Assembly: GCA_963797175.1 (NCBI GenBank)
Contig: CAWCOL010000009.1
Coordinates: 588,585-652,584, forward strand
Source: an uncultured Actinomycetes bacterium
GTDB lineage: Bacteria; Actinomycetota; Thermoleophilia; Gaiellales; JAICJC01
Direction of reading: 5' to 3'
Length of the DNA: 64,000 bases
Shown piece by piece: positions 52,414 to 61,343 of this stretch (position 1 is the stretch's first letter; each line of letters begins with the position of its first letter). Below the pieces are notes generated by a model. That model saw only the letters and a program-made list of their open reading frames with translations, had not been told where the DNA came from and did no database searches. The position numbers and the translations under genes were made by a program.

Positions 52414-52441
52414 TTGACATCCCCGACCACTTCGTTACAGT
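52414..52441 (+). promoter_or_regulatory. candidate sigma70-type promoter of the second ABC operon
   Basis: TTGACA (52414-52419), a 16-nt spacer and TACAGT (52436-52441). The inverted repeat TGACTG-N6-CAGTCA at 52459-52476 lies between the promoter and the GTG at 52496. Confidence 0.45.
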
Positions 52442-52495
52442 CCTCAGCCACAAGGTATTGACTGGCTGATCAGTCAGGACAGGGAAGGACCCTCC

Positions 52496-53791
52496 GTGCG
52501 GCATCCAAAAGAACGGCCGAGCCTCGCGACGTTGGCCAGTAGACGCGAGTTCCTCCTGCGCTCCGGAGGCGCCGCGCTCGCCCTCTCCAGCGCCGGCAGC
52601 CTGCTGGCAGCGTGCAGCAACTCGACCACGCCCGCCGGCCAGACCGCCGGCAGCAACGGCGAGCCGGTGGGCCCCGGCGGGCTCCCGCTGGCGCGCCCCG
52701 ACAAGCAGGTCAAGCTGCCGCTGTGGCGCCAGCCGATCGAGTCCGGCATGGAGCCCGAGTCCGGCGGCACCTTCACGGTCTACAACTATCCCGCCTACAT
52801 CTACCCGAACCTGCTCAAGCAGTTCGGCCAGAAGTACGGCGTCACCGTCAAGGTGGCGCCCTTCGACGACATCAACTCCGGGATCGCGAAGCTCGCCTCG
52901 GGCGCCATCTCCCCCGACGTCACCAACATGACGCCGGACAACCTCGACCGCGTCGTCGCCGGCAAGCTGATCCAGCCGATCAACCACGACTACATCCCCA
53001 ACCTGAAGAACGTGTGGCCCTCGCTGCAGAGCCCCTTCTACGACGTCGGCTCCCAGTACGGCGTGCCCTACACGACGTATGCGACGGGCATCGCCTGGCG
53101 CACCGACCGGGTCAGCGAGGACATCGCGGGGATGGCGAACCCGCTCGACATCTTCTGGCAGTCGCAGGCCTACAAGGGCAAGGTCGCCCTGCTCAGCGAG
53201 CCGCGCGAGACGATCGCGATGGCACTGCTGCGCAAGGGCCACACGGACGTCAACACCGAGGATCCGAAGCTGATCGACCAGGCCGTGTCCGACCTCCAGG
53301 AGCTGTACGGGATCTGCAACGTGCTCGTCAACGACCTCCAGTACGAGAACATCCCGGAGGACAAGACGTGGCTGAATCAGGCCTGGTCGGGCGACATGCT
53401 CTCCGGCTACTTCTACTTCCTGCCCAAGCCCAGCGTCGGCAAGCTGCTGCGCTTCTGGAACCCCGGCTACGGCAAGGGGCCGATCCAGAACGACATGTGG
53501 TCGGTGTGCGCGAACACGAAGAAGCCGGTGCTCGCCCACCTCTGGCTCAACTTCCTGATCGACAACGGCGTCGCCTACTCGAACTTCGTCAACTTCAACG
53601 GCTACCAGCCGCCGCTGACCGAGATCGACCCTGACGAGCTCGTCAGGAAGGGCGTGATCCCGGAGAACCTCAAGAACAGCATCCTCACCGCCGCCGACCT
53701 GGGACCGGACTCCCTCCAGGAGATGACGCTGACCGAGACCGGCCAGCAGCTCTGGCAGAACGGCTACTCGCAGTTCCTCGCGGGCGCGTAG
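52496..53791 (+). CDS. ABC transporter substrate-binding lipoprotein (PotD/PotF-type)
   Basis: Tat/lipoprotein signal SRREFLLRSGGAALALSSAGSLLAAC. The body is PotD-like (VYNYPAYIYPNLLKQF..GVPYTTYATGIAWR). Confidence 0.85.
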   Translation: MRHPKERPSLATLASRREFLLRSGGAALALSSAGSLLAACSNSTTPAGQTAGSNGEPVGPGGLPLARPDKQVKLPLWRQPIESGMEPESGGTFTVYNYPAYIYPNLLKQFGQKYGVTVKVAPFDDINSGIAKLASGAISPDVTNMTPDNLDRVVAGKLIQPINHDYIPNLKNVWPSLQSPFYDVGSQYGVPYTTYATGIAWRTDRVSEDIAGMANPLDIFWQSQAYKGKVALLSEPRETIAMALLRKGHTDVNTEDPKLIDQAVSDLQELYGICNVLVNDLQYENIPEDKTWLNQAWSGDMLSGYFYFLPKPSVGKLLRFWNPGYGKGPIQNDMWSVCANTKKPVLAHLWLNFLIDNGVAYSNFVNFNGYQPPLTEIDPDELVRKGVIPENLKNSILTAADLGPDSLQEMTLTETGQQLWQNGYSQFLAGA

Positions 53792-53801
53792 TGATCGCCT
53801 G

Positions 53802-54695
53802 ATGTACCCGCGCTGGCTCTGGCCCACCTTCGCAGCACCGGGCGTGATCTGGCTGGTGGTGCTGTTCCTGATCCCGTTCTACGCGGTGATGGGCGTGGCC
53901 TTCGGGACGATCGACCCGATCCTGCAGACGCCGGTGCCGATCTGGAACCCGCTGCAGTGGAACATGGGCTGGATCACGCAGGTGCTGCACGAGCTGGCGC
54001 CGGGGGGCATCTACTTCGACGTCGCCGTACGCACGATCCGGTACGTGGCCATCTCGCTGGCCGGCTGCATCCTGATCGGCTACCCCGTCGCCTACTACAT
54101 CGCCCGGCACGCCGGCCGGACGAAGAATCTGCTCCTGATCCTGCTGATCCTGCCCTTCTGGATCAGCTACCTGATGCGGATGCTGGCGTGGGTCAACCTG
54201 CTGGCGCCGGACGGGCTCGTCAACCGGTTCCTGATCTGGGCGCACGTCCTCAGCACCCCGTACGGCTTCCTGGACGGCCAGTCCTCCACGGTGATCTGGG
54301 CGCTCATCTACGGCTACATCCCGTACTTCATCCTGCCCCTGTACGCGTCGCTCGACCGGATCGACCGGCGCTACCTGGAGGCGGCGCGTGACCTCGGCGC
54401 CAGCCCGTTCCGCGCGTTCCTGCACGTGACGCTGCCGCTCAGCAAGACGGGCCTGCTGGGCGGCGCCGTGCTGATCGTGCTGCCGATGTTCGGCGACTAC
54501 TACACGCCCAACCTCGTCTCCGGCGCGCCGACCACGTCGATGATCGGCAACCAGATCGACCTCTACTTCCACGGCGGGCCGCAGCCGACCATCGGCGCAG
54601 CGCTGACCATCGTCCTGTCGGCCTTCCTGCTGGTGCTGATGGGCTACTACCTGTGGAGCGTGCACAAGGCGACCAAGGAGCTCCGGGCCTCGTGA
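53802..54695 (+). CDS. ABC transporter permease (PotB-like)
   Basis: Polytopic membrane protein with EAARDLGASPFRAFLHVTLP. Confidence 0.88.
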   Translation: MYPRWLWPTFAAPGVIWLVVLFLIPFYAVMGVAFGTIDPILQTPVPIWNPLQWNMGWITQVLHELAPGGIYFDVAVRTIRYVAISLAGCILIGYPVAYYIARHAGRTKNLLLILLILPFWISYLMRMLAWVNLLAPDGLVNRFLIWAHVLSTPYGFLDGQSSTVIWALIYGYIPYFILPLYASLDRIDRRYLEAARDLGASPFRAFLHVTLPLSKTGLLGGAVLIVLPMFGDYYTPNLVSGAPTTSMIGNQIDLYFHGGPQPTIGAALTIVLSAFLLVLMGYYLWSVHKATKELRAS

Positions 54696-55633
54696 GCGAG
54701 TCCGCCGTCAGCACGCGCCCTCAACAGGACTTCACCCTCTGGCAGCGGACCACCGGCTGGATCTCGAACCCGTGGGGCCGCCCCCGGTTCCTGGCGGTGT
54801 TCACGTGGATCTACATGCTGTGGGCGCTGGTGCCGGTCGCGATCGCGATCCAGTTCTCGTTCAACGACAGCCGCTCGCGCACAGTCTGGGCCGGTTTCTC
54901 GACCCGCTGGTACTGGGGCGACCCCATCAACTCGATCTGGAACGACGCCTCGCTGCACGACGCGCTGATCCACAGCCTGACCCTGGCCGCATGGGATGTG
55001 GTCATCGCCGTGCCGATCGGCGTTGCCCTGGCGCTGGGGCTGGCCCGCTGGCACGGCCACGGCTCGGGCCCCTCGAACTTCCTGATGCTGTTCCCGCTGG
55101 TCACGCCCGAGATCGTGATGGGCGTCGCGCTGCTGCTGCTGTTCACCCAGCTGCCGCCGTTCGACACCATCGTGCACACGGGCGGGCTGGCGCAGGTGCT
55201 GGGCCACGTCACGTTCTCGGTCAGCTACGTGGTGGTGATCGTCCGCGGCCGCCTGTTCTCGATCGGCAGGGAGTACGAGGAGGCGGCGGCCGACCTGGGG
55301 GCGACGCCGGCCGTGGCGCTGCGGAAGGTGCTGCTGCCGCTGCTCACGCCCGCCGTGGTCGCCAGCGCGGCGATCGTGTTCGCGATCTCGATCGACGACT
55401 TCGTGATCAGCCAGTACCTCTCCAATGGCCCCGACACGACGACGGTGCCGATGGTGATCTACGACGCCACCCGAGCGGCGCCGACCCCGGCCACCAACGC
55501 GATCGCCACCGTCCTGGTGCTGATCACGCTGAGCACGGTCGTGGCCGGATTCTTCGTCTGGCGATTCTTCACCCGGGGCGAGCGCGGCGCCGGCCAGTCC
55601 GCCATGCGCGACTTCGCAGCCTTCGACGTTTGA
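54692..55633 (+). CDS. ABC transporter permease (PotC-like)
   Basis: The GTG at 54692 overlaps the upstream TGA (GTGA). It contains EAAADLGATPAVALRKVLLP. Confidence 0.85.
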   Translation: MSESAVSTRPQQDFTLWQRTTGWISNPWGRPRFLAVFTWIYMLWALVPVAIAIQFSFNDSRSRTVWAGFSTRWYWGDPINSIWNDASLHDALIHSLTLAAWDVVIAVPIGVALALGLARWHGHGSGPSNFLMLFPLVTPEIVMGVALLLLFTQLPPFDTIVHTGGLAQVLGHVTFSVSYVVVIVRGRLFSIGREYEEAAADLGATPAVALRKVLLPLLTPAVVASAAIVFAISIDDFVISQYLSNGPDTTTVPMVIYDATRAAPTPATNAIATVLVLITLSTVVAGFFVWRFFTRGERGAGQSAMRDFAAFDV

Positions 55634-55681
55634 CCCGTCTGGTACCTTTGTTCCCCCTGAATCGATCCGAGGAGACGTCCA

Positions 55682-56800
55682 GTGGCCGGTGGTGAAGTCA
55701 AGCTGATCAGCCTCGTCAAGATGTTCGGAGACTTCACGGCCGTGGACGGCATCGACCTGGAGATGCCCGCGGGCGAGTTCTTCTCGATGCTGGGCCCCTC
55801 CGGCTGCGGCAAGACGACGACGCTGCGGATGATCGCCGGCTTCGAGCAGCCGACCGACGGCGAGATCCTGCTCGACGGCGAGAACATGGCGTACACGCCA
55901 CCCCATAAGCGGAACGTGAACACCGTGTTCCAGAGCTACGCCCTGTTCCCGCACATGTCGGTGTGGGACAACGTCGCGTTCGGGCTGCGCCGCCAGAAGA
56001 CGAGCAAGTCCGACATCAAGTCGCGCACCAACGAGGCGCTGGACCTGGTGCAGATGGACCGGTTCGCCAAGCGCAAGCCATCGCAGCTCTCCGGCGGCCA
56101 GCAGCAGCGCGTCGCCCTGGCGCGCGCCCTGGTGCTGAAGCCCGCCGTGCTGCTGCTGGACGAGCCGCTGGGCGCCCTCGACGCGAAGCTGCGCAAGCAG
56201 CTCCAGCTCGAGCTGAAGGCGCTCCAGCAGCAGGTCGGGATCACGTTCATCTACGTGACGCACGACCAGGAGGAGGCGCTGACCATGAGCGACCGGATCG
56301 CCGTGATGAGCGACGGCCGGGTCGAGCAGGTGGCGCAGCCGCAGGAGGTCTACGAGGAGCCCGCGACCACGTTCGTGGCCGACTTCCTGGGCGTCTCCAA
56401 CCTGATGTCGGCGACGGCGCAGGGCGAGTCGGGCGGTCGCTGCAAGGTCAAGGTCGGCGAGTTCGACCTGTTCGCCGGGCGCGGCGAGGTGACCACCAGC
56501 GGCGACACCAAGATCGTGATCCGGCCCGAGCGCGTCAAGCTCGACAACCACGAATCGACCGGCGAGAACTACCTGCCGGGCATGGTTGAGCGCGTCGTCT
56601 ACCTCGGCAACGCGAACCAGGTGATCGTGCGGCTGGCGCACGGCGAGAACGTGCAGGCGCTCGTCCAGAACACGGGCGACGAGCTGCACTACCGCCAGGG
56701 CGACCCCGTCAAGGTGTGCCTGCCCGCGCAGGCCCTCCGCGTGCTGACCGACACCGGCACCGCGCCGGTGGACGAGAACGCGGCCGTCGCCGTCGGCTGA
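55682..56800 (+). CDS. ABC transporter ATP-binding protein (PotA-like)
   Basis: Walker A GPSGCGKTT, signature LSGGQQQRVALARAL, Walker B LLLDEPL and a TOBE-like C-terminus. Confidence 0.92.
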   Translation: MAGGEVKLISLVKMFGDFTAVDGIDLEMPAGEFFSMLGPSGCGKTTTLRMIAGFEQPTDGEILLDGENMAYTPPHKRNVNTVFQSYALFPHMSVWDNVAFGLRRQKTSKSDIKSRTNEALDLVQMDRFAKRKPSQLSGGQQQRVALARALVLKPAVLLLDEPLGALDAKLRKQLQLELKALQQQVGITFIYVTHDQEEALTMSDRIAVMSDGRVEQVAQPQEVYEEPATTFVADFLGVSNLMSATAQGESGGRCKVKVGEFDLFAGRGEVTTSGDTKIVIRPERVKLDNHESTGENYLPGMVERVVYLGNANQVIVRLAHGENVQALVQNTGDELHYRQGDPVKVCLPAQALRVLTDTGTAPVDENAAVAVG

Positions 56801-56804
56801 GCCG

Positions 56805-57236
56805 GTGGAGCAGCGCGTCAGCCTGGTCACGCTCGGCGTCGCCGACCTCGAGCGGGCGCGGCGCTTCTACACGGCGCTGGGCTGGCGGGACAACTCGCCT
56901 GAGGGCGCCGACGTCGTCTTCTTCCAGTCGGGCAGCATGGTGCTCGGCCTGTGGGGCCGCGACCAGCTGGCGGAGGACAGCGGCGTGCAGGACGGCGGCG
57001 GCTGGGGCGGCGTCACGCTGGCGCAGAACGTGCGCTCGCCGGCCGAGGTGGACGCCGTGCTGGCGACCGCCCGCGGCGCCGGCGCGTCCATCCCGCGCGA
57101 GGGCGCCGAGACGTTCTGGGGCGGCTACTCGGGCATGTTCGTCGACCCCGACGGGCATCCCTGGGAGGTCGCGCACAACCCCAGCTGGGAGATCACGGAC
57201 GACGGCGCCACCCGGCTGCCCGACTACGGCAGCTAG
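56805..57236 (+). CDS. VOC (glyoxalase/bleomycin resistance/dioxygenase) family protein
   Basis: It contains VSLVTLGVADLERARRFYTALGW and FVDPDGHPWEVAHNP. Confidence 0.85.
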   Translation: MEQRVSLVTLGVADLERARRFYTALGWRDNSPEGADVVFFQSGSMVLGLWGRDQLAEDSGVQDGGGWGGVTLAQNVRSPAEVDAVLATARGAGASIPREGAETFWGGYSGMFVDPDGHPWEVAHNPSWEITDDGATRLPDYGS

Positions 57237-58396
57237 CGCGTCAGCCGGCGGGCGATGATCAGCCGCTGGATGTCGGAGGTGCCCTCCTCGAGCTCCTCCA
57301 GGCGGGCGTCGCGCGACCACTTCTCGACCGGATACTCGCGGCTGTAGCCCCAGCCGCCAAGCGTCTGCAGCGCCGCCCAGGTCACCCAGGTCGCCGTCTC
57401 CGACGCGAACAGCTTGGCCTGCGCCGCCTCGACCGGCGCGTGCCTGCCCTCGTCCATCAGCGCCGCGGCGCGGTGGGTGAGCAGCCGGGCGGCGTCGATC
57501 CGGGTCGCCATGTCGGCCAGGCGGAAACCGACCGCCTGGTGCTCGGCGATCGGCTTGCCGAAGGCGGTGCGGTCGCGGGCGTACTCGACGGCGTACTCGA
57601 AGGCGGCGCGGGCGATGCCGACGGCGCTGGCCGCGAGATGGATCCGCGACTCGTCGAAGGTGTGCATGAGGCTGTAGAAGCCCTTGCCCTCCTCGCCCAG
57701 CAGGCGGTCGGCCGGGATCCGGCAGTCCTGCAGGAACAGCTCGGTGTTGATGATCGCCCGCTGGCCCATCTTGCGCATCGGCTCGCCGAAACTGATCCCG
57801 GGATCGGACTTCTCGACCACGAACGCCGTGACGCCCTTGGAGCCGGTGCCGGGCGCCACCGTCGCGAAGATCACGTAGTACTCGGCGATCCCGCCGTTCG
57901 AGATCCACGTCTTCTGGCCGTTCAGCACGTAGTGGTCGCCGTGGCGGACGGCGCTCGCCGCCATCGCCGCCGTGTCCGACCCGACGCCGGGCTCGGTCGA
58001 TGCCAGCGCGGTCAACGGCGGCCGCTCGGTGCAGAGCGGAGCGATCCAGCGCTGCCGCTGCTCGGCGGTCCCCACCTCGAGCACCGGGCGGGCGAAGAAC
58101 GCGCCGGAGCAGATCAGGTTGCCGATGCCGGCGCAGCCCCAGTTCAGCTCCTCCTGGACGATGCAGCCGGTGAGCACGTCGGTGATACCGCCGCCGCCGA
58201 CGTCCTCGGGGAGCATGAACGACGTCAGCCCCACCTCGGCGGCCTTGTAGACGACGTCCACCGGGCAGTGCGTGTCCCGCTCGTCCACCTCGGCGGCGAT
58301 CGGGCGGATCTCCCGGCGCGCGAACTCGCGCGCGAGCTCCTGGATCTCGCGCTGCTCGTCGGTCAGGCCGGGGGTGTAGGGCGCGAGCTCGGGCAT
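57233..58396 (-). CDS. acyl-CoA dehydrogenase
   Basis: 387 aa with LTDEQREIQELAREFARREI, TEPGVGSD, WISNGG and a C-terminal EGTSDIQRLIIAR. Confidence 0.92.
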   Translation of the reverse strand: MPELAPYTPGLTDEQREIQELAREFARREIRPIAAEVDERDTHCPVDVVYKAAEVGLTSFMLPEDVGGGGITDVLTGCIVQEELNWGCAGIGNLICSGAFFARPVLEVGTAEQRQRWIAPLCTERPPLTALASTEPGVGSDTAAMAASAVRHGDHYVLNGQKTWISNGGIAEYYVIFATVAPGTGSKGVTAFVVEKSDPGISFGEPMRKMGQRAIINTELFLQDCRIPADRLLGEEGKGFYSLMHTFDESRIHLAASAVGIARAAFEYAVEYARDRTAFGKPIAEHQAVGFRLADMATRIDAARLLTHRAAALMDEGRHAPVEAAQAKLFASETATWVTWAALQTLGGWGYSREYPVEKWSRDARLEELEEGTSDIQRLIIARRLTR

Positions 58397-58466
58397 CCGG
58401 GCGACGCTAGCAGACCCTCGATTTACCGCGTCGCACGAGGCTGCCGATAAACTGGCGACGCACCCT

Positions 58467-58556
58467 GGAGGGGTGGCAGAGTGGTTGAATGCGGCGGTCT
58501 CGAAAACCGTTATGGGCGGTTTACGTCCATCGAGGGTTCGAATCCCTCCCCCTCCG
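58467..58556 (+). tRNA. tRNA-Ser (anticodon CGA)
   Basis: GGAGGGG acceptor stem, anticodon stem-loop GCGGT-CTCGAAA-ACCGT, a long variable arm, T-arm GAGGGTTCGAATCCCTC and a 3' end CCCCTCCG. Confidence 0.9.
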
Positions 58557-58653
58557 CTGATCTGAGTCGAGGAGCGCGGTTGCGTAGGGAGATCCCCGAT
58601 GCGGGCCGCCGCCGGCCGGACGATGGTGAGGCCAACCGAACGGAGGCTTCACC

Positions 58654-59170
58654 ATGCGCCGCACATCATCTCGAACCGCGACCGCCGCGCTCCTGGCCGT
58701 GGCCTGTGCCGTCGCTGCCGGATGCGGCGGCACCGGACAGGCGACTCCCGCGTCCACCGCCAGGACGGCCGCCATCACCGCATCGTCGTCCGACGCCGGC
58801 ACCAGCCGGCTGGGCGGACAGCGCCGCCACCATCTGCGAGAACGCCCTGGCTGACGACACGCACCAGCTGGTCACCCACTTCGACGCCTCTCACATCAGA
58901 CAACACGGGATGGCGATCGTTGACGCAGGGTCGAAGCTCGACGCCCTCGGCGCCCCGGCCGGCGGCGACGCCGCCGCGTACGCGCACATGATCGAGCTGT
59001 ACAAGAGGAGCGCGGTCTACCACGGCCTCGCCCTGCGCGACCTGGCAAAGGGGCGCGCGGGCAACGCCGCCGGGGAGTACGCCGTCGCACTCGACCTCGC
59101 GGACAAGGCCGACCGCCTGGCCGTCGGGTACGGCGCGGCGTCCTGCAACCGGTTCGGGATGGAGGGCTAG
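58654..59170 (+). pseudogene. lipoprotein of unknown function, frame interrupted near 58800-58812
   Basis: The ATG at 58654 follows GGAGG and encodes MRRTSSRTATAALLAVACAVAAGCGG (lipobox). That frame stops at 58854. A well-biased ORF continues in the +1-offset frame (..WADSAATICENALADD..) to 59170. Confidence 0.6.
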
Positions 59171-59190
59171 CGTGAACGCCCGCAGGGCGC

Positions 59191-59226
59191 GGCGGGGAGG
59201 GCTGGAGCCCGAAGGCCCTCCCCGCC
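59191..59226. terminator. hairpin between convergent genes
   Basis: GGCGGGGAGGGC (59191-59202) pairs with GCCCTCCCCGCC (59215-59226), a perfect 12-bp stem. Confidence 0.6.
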
Positions 59227-59237
59227 GACCCCTCCGT

Positions 59238-59696
59238 CTACGCCGCCGCCGGCGCCGCGGGGAGATTCAGCGCGGCCTTGCCGCGCATCGGCACGGCGAG
59301 CACCGGGCAGGGAGCGGTGTGCAGCAGCCGCTGGGTGATGCTGCCGTTGAGCAGGCCCAGCACCGGCGAGTGGCCGCGCGCGGCGACCACGATCAGGCCG
59401 GCCTCGTGGCGCTCGGCGACGTCCGCGATGATCTTGGCGGCGCGCCCACCGACGACCGAGTGCATCTCGAGGGTGGCGTCGACGCCGGCGTCGCGCAGCT
59501 CGTCCACGATCTCGTGGAGACGGGCGCGGATCCGCGCCTCGTCGCCGCGGTAAGGCAGATTGGCGCGTCCGGTGACCAGCTCGCTGACATGGACGATGAC
59601 GATGCGCGAGAGGAACCGGTCGGCGAGCTCCTGGGCGGTCGGCAGGGCGGCCTCCGAGTCGGGGCCGTCCACCGCGAAGATGACTGTGTCGAACAT
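59238..59696 (-). CDS. universal stress protein (UspA family)
   Basis: It contains IVIVHV, AKIIADVAERHEAGLIVVAARGHS and GSITQRLLHTAPCPVLAVP. Confidence 0.88.
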   Translation of the reverse strand: MFDTVIFAVDGPDSEAALPTAQELADRFLSRIVIVHVSELVTGRANLPYRGDEARIRARLHEIVDELRDAGVDATLEMHSVVGGRAAKIIADVAERHEAGLIVVAARGHSPVLGLLNGSITQRLLHTAPCPVLAVPMRGKAALNLPAAPAAA

Positions 59697-59814
59697 GGTC
59701 TCAACTCCTCTGGAACAACAGGTCTGACGTCACGGTATGGCCGCTCTTCGGCACAGGCCAGCTGCGTTCAGCCACGGTTCATCCGAACCGGCGGTATGCT
59801 GTTGAGATCGCCTG

Positions 59815-60945
59815 ATGCATGAAGCACTGCTTCACGGACCGAGCACCGGGTCGCCGGATCTCGACCGGGCCCTCGGCGGCCTCTACTGGGGCGACAACGT
59901 CGTCTGGGAGCACGACGCCGCGGATCCCGCCACCCCGTTCTACGCGGCGGTCGAGGCGGCCGCCGCGGCGTTCGACGACGCGTTCTGGGTGACCGTCGAC
60001 CGGCCGCCGGCCACGGCGCTCGACGTGATCGACGCCCGGCCGGGCACGCCGCTGGCGCAGCCCGGGGCCCTGCTCGCGGCGATCGCCCGCCGCGGCGGCC
60101 GTCGCGGCCGCAGCCTGGTGCTGTTCGAGTCGATGGACGCGATGAGCGAGCGGTGGGGCATCGACACGGCGCGGCGCTTCTTCGTGCGCTGCTGCCCGAT
60201 GCTGCTGGAGGTGGGCGCGATCGCCTACTGGTCGCTGTCGCTGCGCGGACCCGCCGCCGGTGTCCGGCGGGCCATCGCGGACGTCACCCAGTGCGTGCTG
60301 GTGCTGCGCGACGGGCGGCTGCGGGTGGCGAAGGCGGAGGGCCGCCCGCCCGGCGTTCAGGGCAGCGTCTACCGCTACACGCTGGAGGACGGTCTCCCGC
60401 ACCTCGAGGCCGCGACCACCTCGGCGCGCCTGGGGGCCGCGCTTCGGGCGCTGCGCGCGCAGCGCGGGCTCAGCCAGCGCGACCTGGCGGCGATGGCGGG
60501 CGTCAGCCCGAGCGCGATCTCGCAGGCCGAACGCGGCATCCGCGGCCTGTCGCTCGACACGCTGCTCGACATGACGGCCGAGCTCGACATCACCGTCGAC
60601 GAGCTGCTCCGCGGGCAGTCCGCGCCCGGCTACCGGCTGGGCCGCCGCGACGACCCGGCCGCCGAGCCGACGGGCCGGCCGACGCCGCTGCTGGACGACC
60701 CGGGAGCCGGGCTGCGCGCGTACCTGGTGCGGCTGCCGCCGGGCGGCGCCGGGAAGCCGCACATGCCGCACCAGGGCCTCGAGCTGATCGCCGGTGTGGG
60801 CGGCCTGGTGCAGATCGTGCTGTCCTCGGGGCGTCCGGTGCTGCGGCCGGGAGATGCCCTGATGGCCGATCGCGAGACGGTCGTGGGATGGCGCAACATC
60901 GGCCACCGGCCGGCGTCGCTGCTGTGGATCCTGCGCGACGGGTGA
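59815..60945 (+). CDS. three-domain regulator: degenerate RecA/KaiC-like domain + XRE HTH + cupin
   Basis: The N-terminus STGSPDLDRALGGLYWGDNVVW..SLVLFESMDAM resembles the KaiC/RAD55 layout but has no GxxxxGK[ST]. The HTH is LRAQRGLSQRDLAAMAGVSPSAISQAERG. The C-terminal cupin-like region contains HQGLELIAGVGGLVQIVL. Confidence 0.65.
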   Translation: MHEALLHGPSTGSPDLDRALGGLYWGDNVVWEHDAADPATPFYAAVEAAAAAFDDAFWVTVDRPPATALDVIDARPGTPLAQPGALLAAIARRGGRRGRSLVLFESMDAMSERWGIDTARRFFVRCCPMLLEVGAIAYWSLSLRGPAAGVRRAIADVTQCVLVLRDGRLRVAKAEGRPPGVQGSVYRYTLEDGLPHLEAATTSARLGAALRALRAQRGLSQRDLAAMAGVSPSAISQAERGIRGLSLDTLLDMTAELDITVDELLRGQSAPGYRLGRRDDPAAEPTGRPTPLLDDPGAGLRAYLVRLPPGGAGKPHMPHQGLELIAGVGGLVQIVLSSGRPVLRPGDALMADRETVVGWRNIGHRPASLLWILRDG

Positions 60946-60947
60946 GG

Positions 60948-61271
60948 CTACGCGGCGCGGGCGGCGCTGCCGGCCGTCAGGCGGCTCTCGATGCCGACCA
61001 GCAGGTGCAGCGCGCGGAGCGGATGATCGCCGTAGAGCGGCGACTCGCCCGCACGGGTGAGGACGCGCTCGAGGTCGCGCAGCGCGGCCCCGTCGACCGG
61101 CCTCGCCGTGTCGCGCAGCAGGTCGGCGATGTCGCGCATCGTCCCGGCCGAGGCACGCAGCACGGGCGCCGGGATCGGGATGCGGGCGAGCGGCCGGCCG
61201 AACAGCATCGGCGGCTCCAGTGCGGAGTCGATGAAGTGCGCCAAACGTGTGCGTCGTGTTCGCTGATCCAT
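60948..61271 (-). CDS. hypothetical protein
   Basis: 107-aa ORF with strong G/C third-position bias. No family recognised. Confidence 0.45.
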   Translation of the reverse strand: MDQRTRRTRLAHFIDSALEPPMLFGRPLARIPIPAPVLRASAGTMRDIADLLRDTARPVDGAALRDLERVLTRAGESPLYGDHPLRALHLLVGIESRLTAGSAARAA

Positions 61272-61343
61272 ACGGTGAATGTATCCCTCAGATGCCCCTC
61301 GCGTGGTGGGGAAAACCCCCCAATCGACGGCGGCCGCGCGCCG

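Noticed and set aside
57233-57236. Palindromic CTAG shared by the two convergent stop codons (VOC and acyl-CoA dehydrogenase)
   Set aside because: It is real but trivial, a consequence of tight convergent packing with no evident function.
47127-58556. The segment bounded by two tRNA-Ser genes as a genomic island
   Set aside because: I found no integrase, no repeated tRNA 3' fragment (att-like) and no clear GC change. The content is ordinary metabolism, and the two tRNAs are different isoacceptors (GCU, CGA).
58481-58653. 5' part of track ORF 58481-59170
   Set aside because: It overlaps the tRNA-Ser(CGA) gene and has no credible start. Only the part downstream of about 58805 looks coding.
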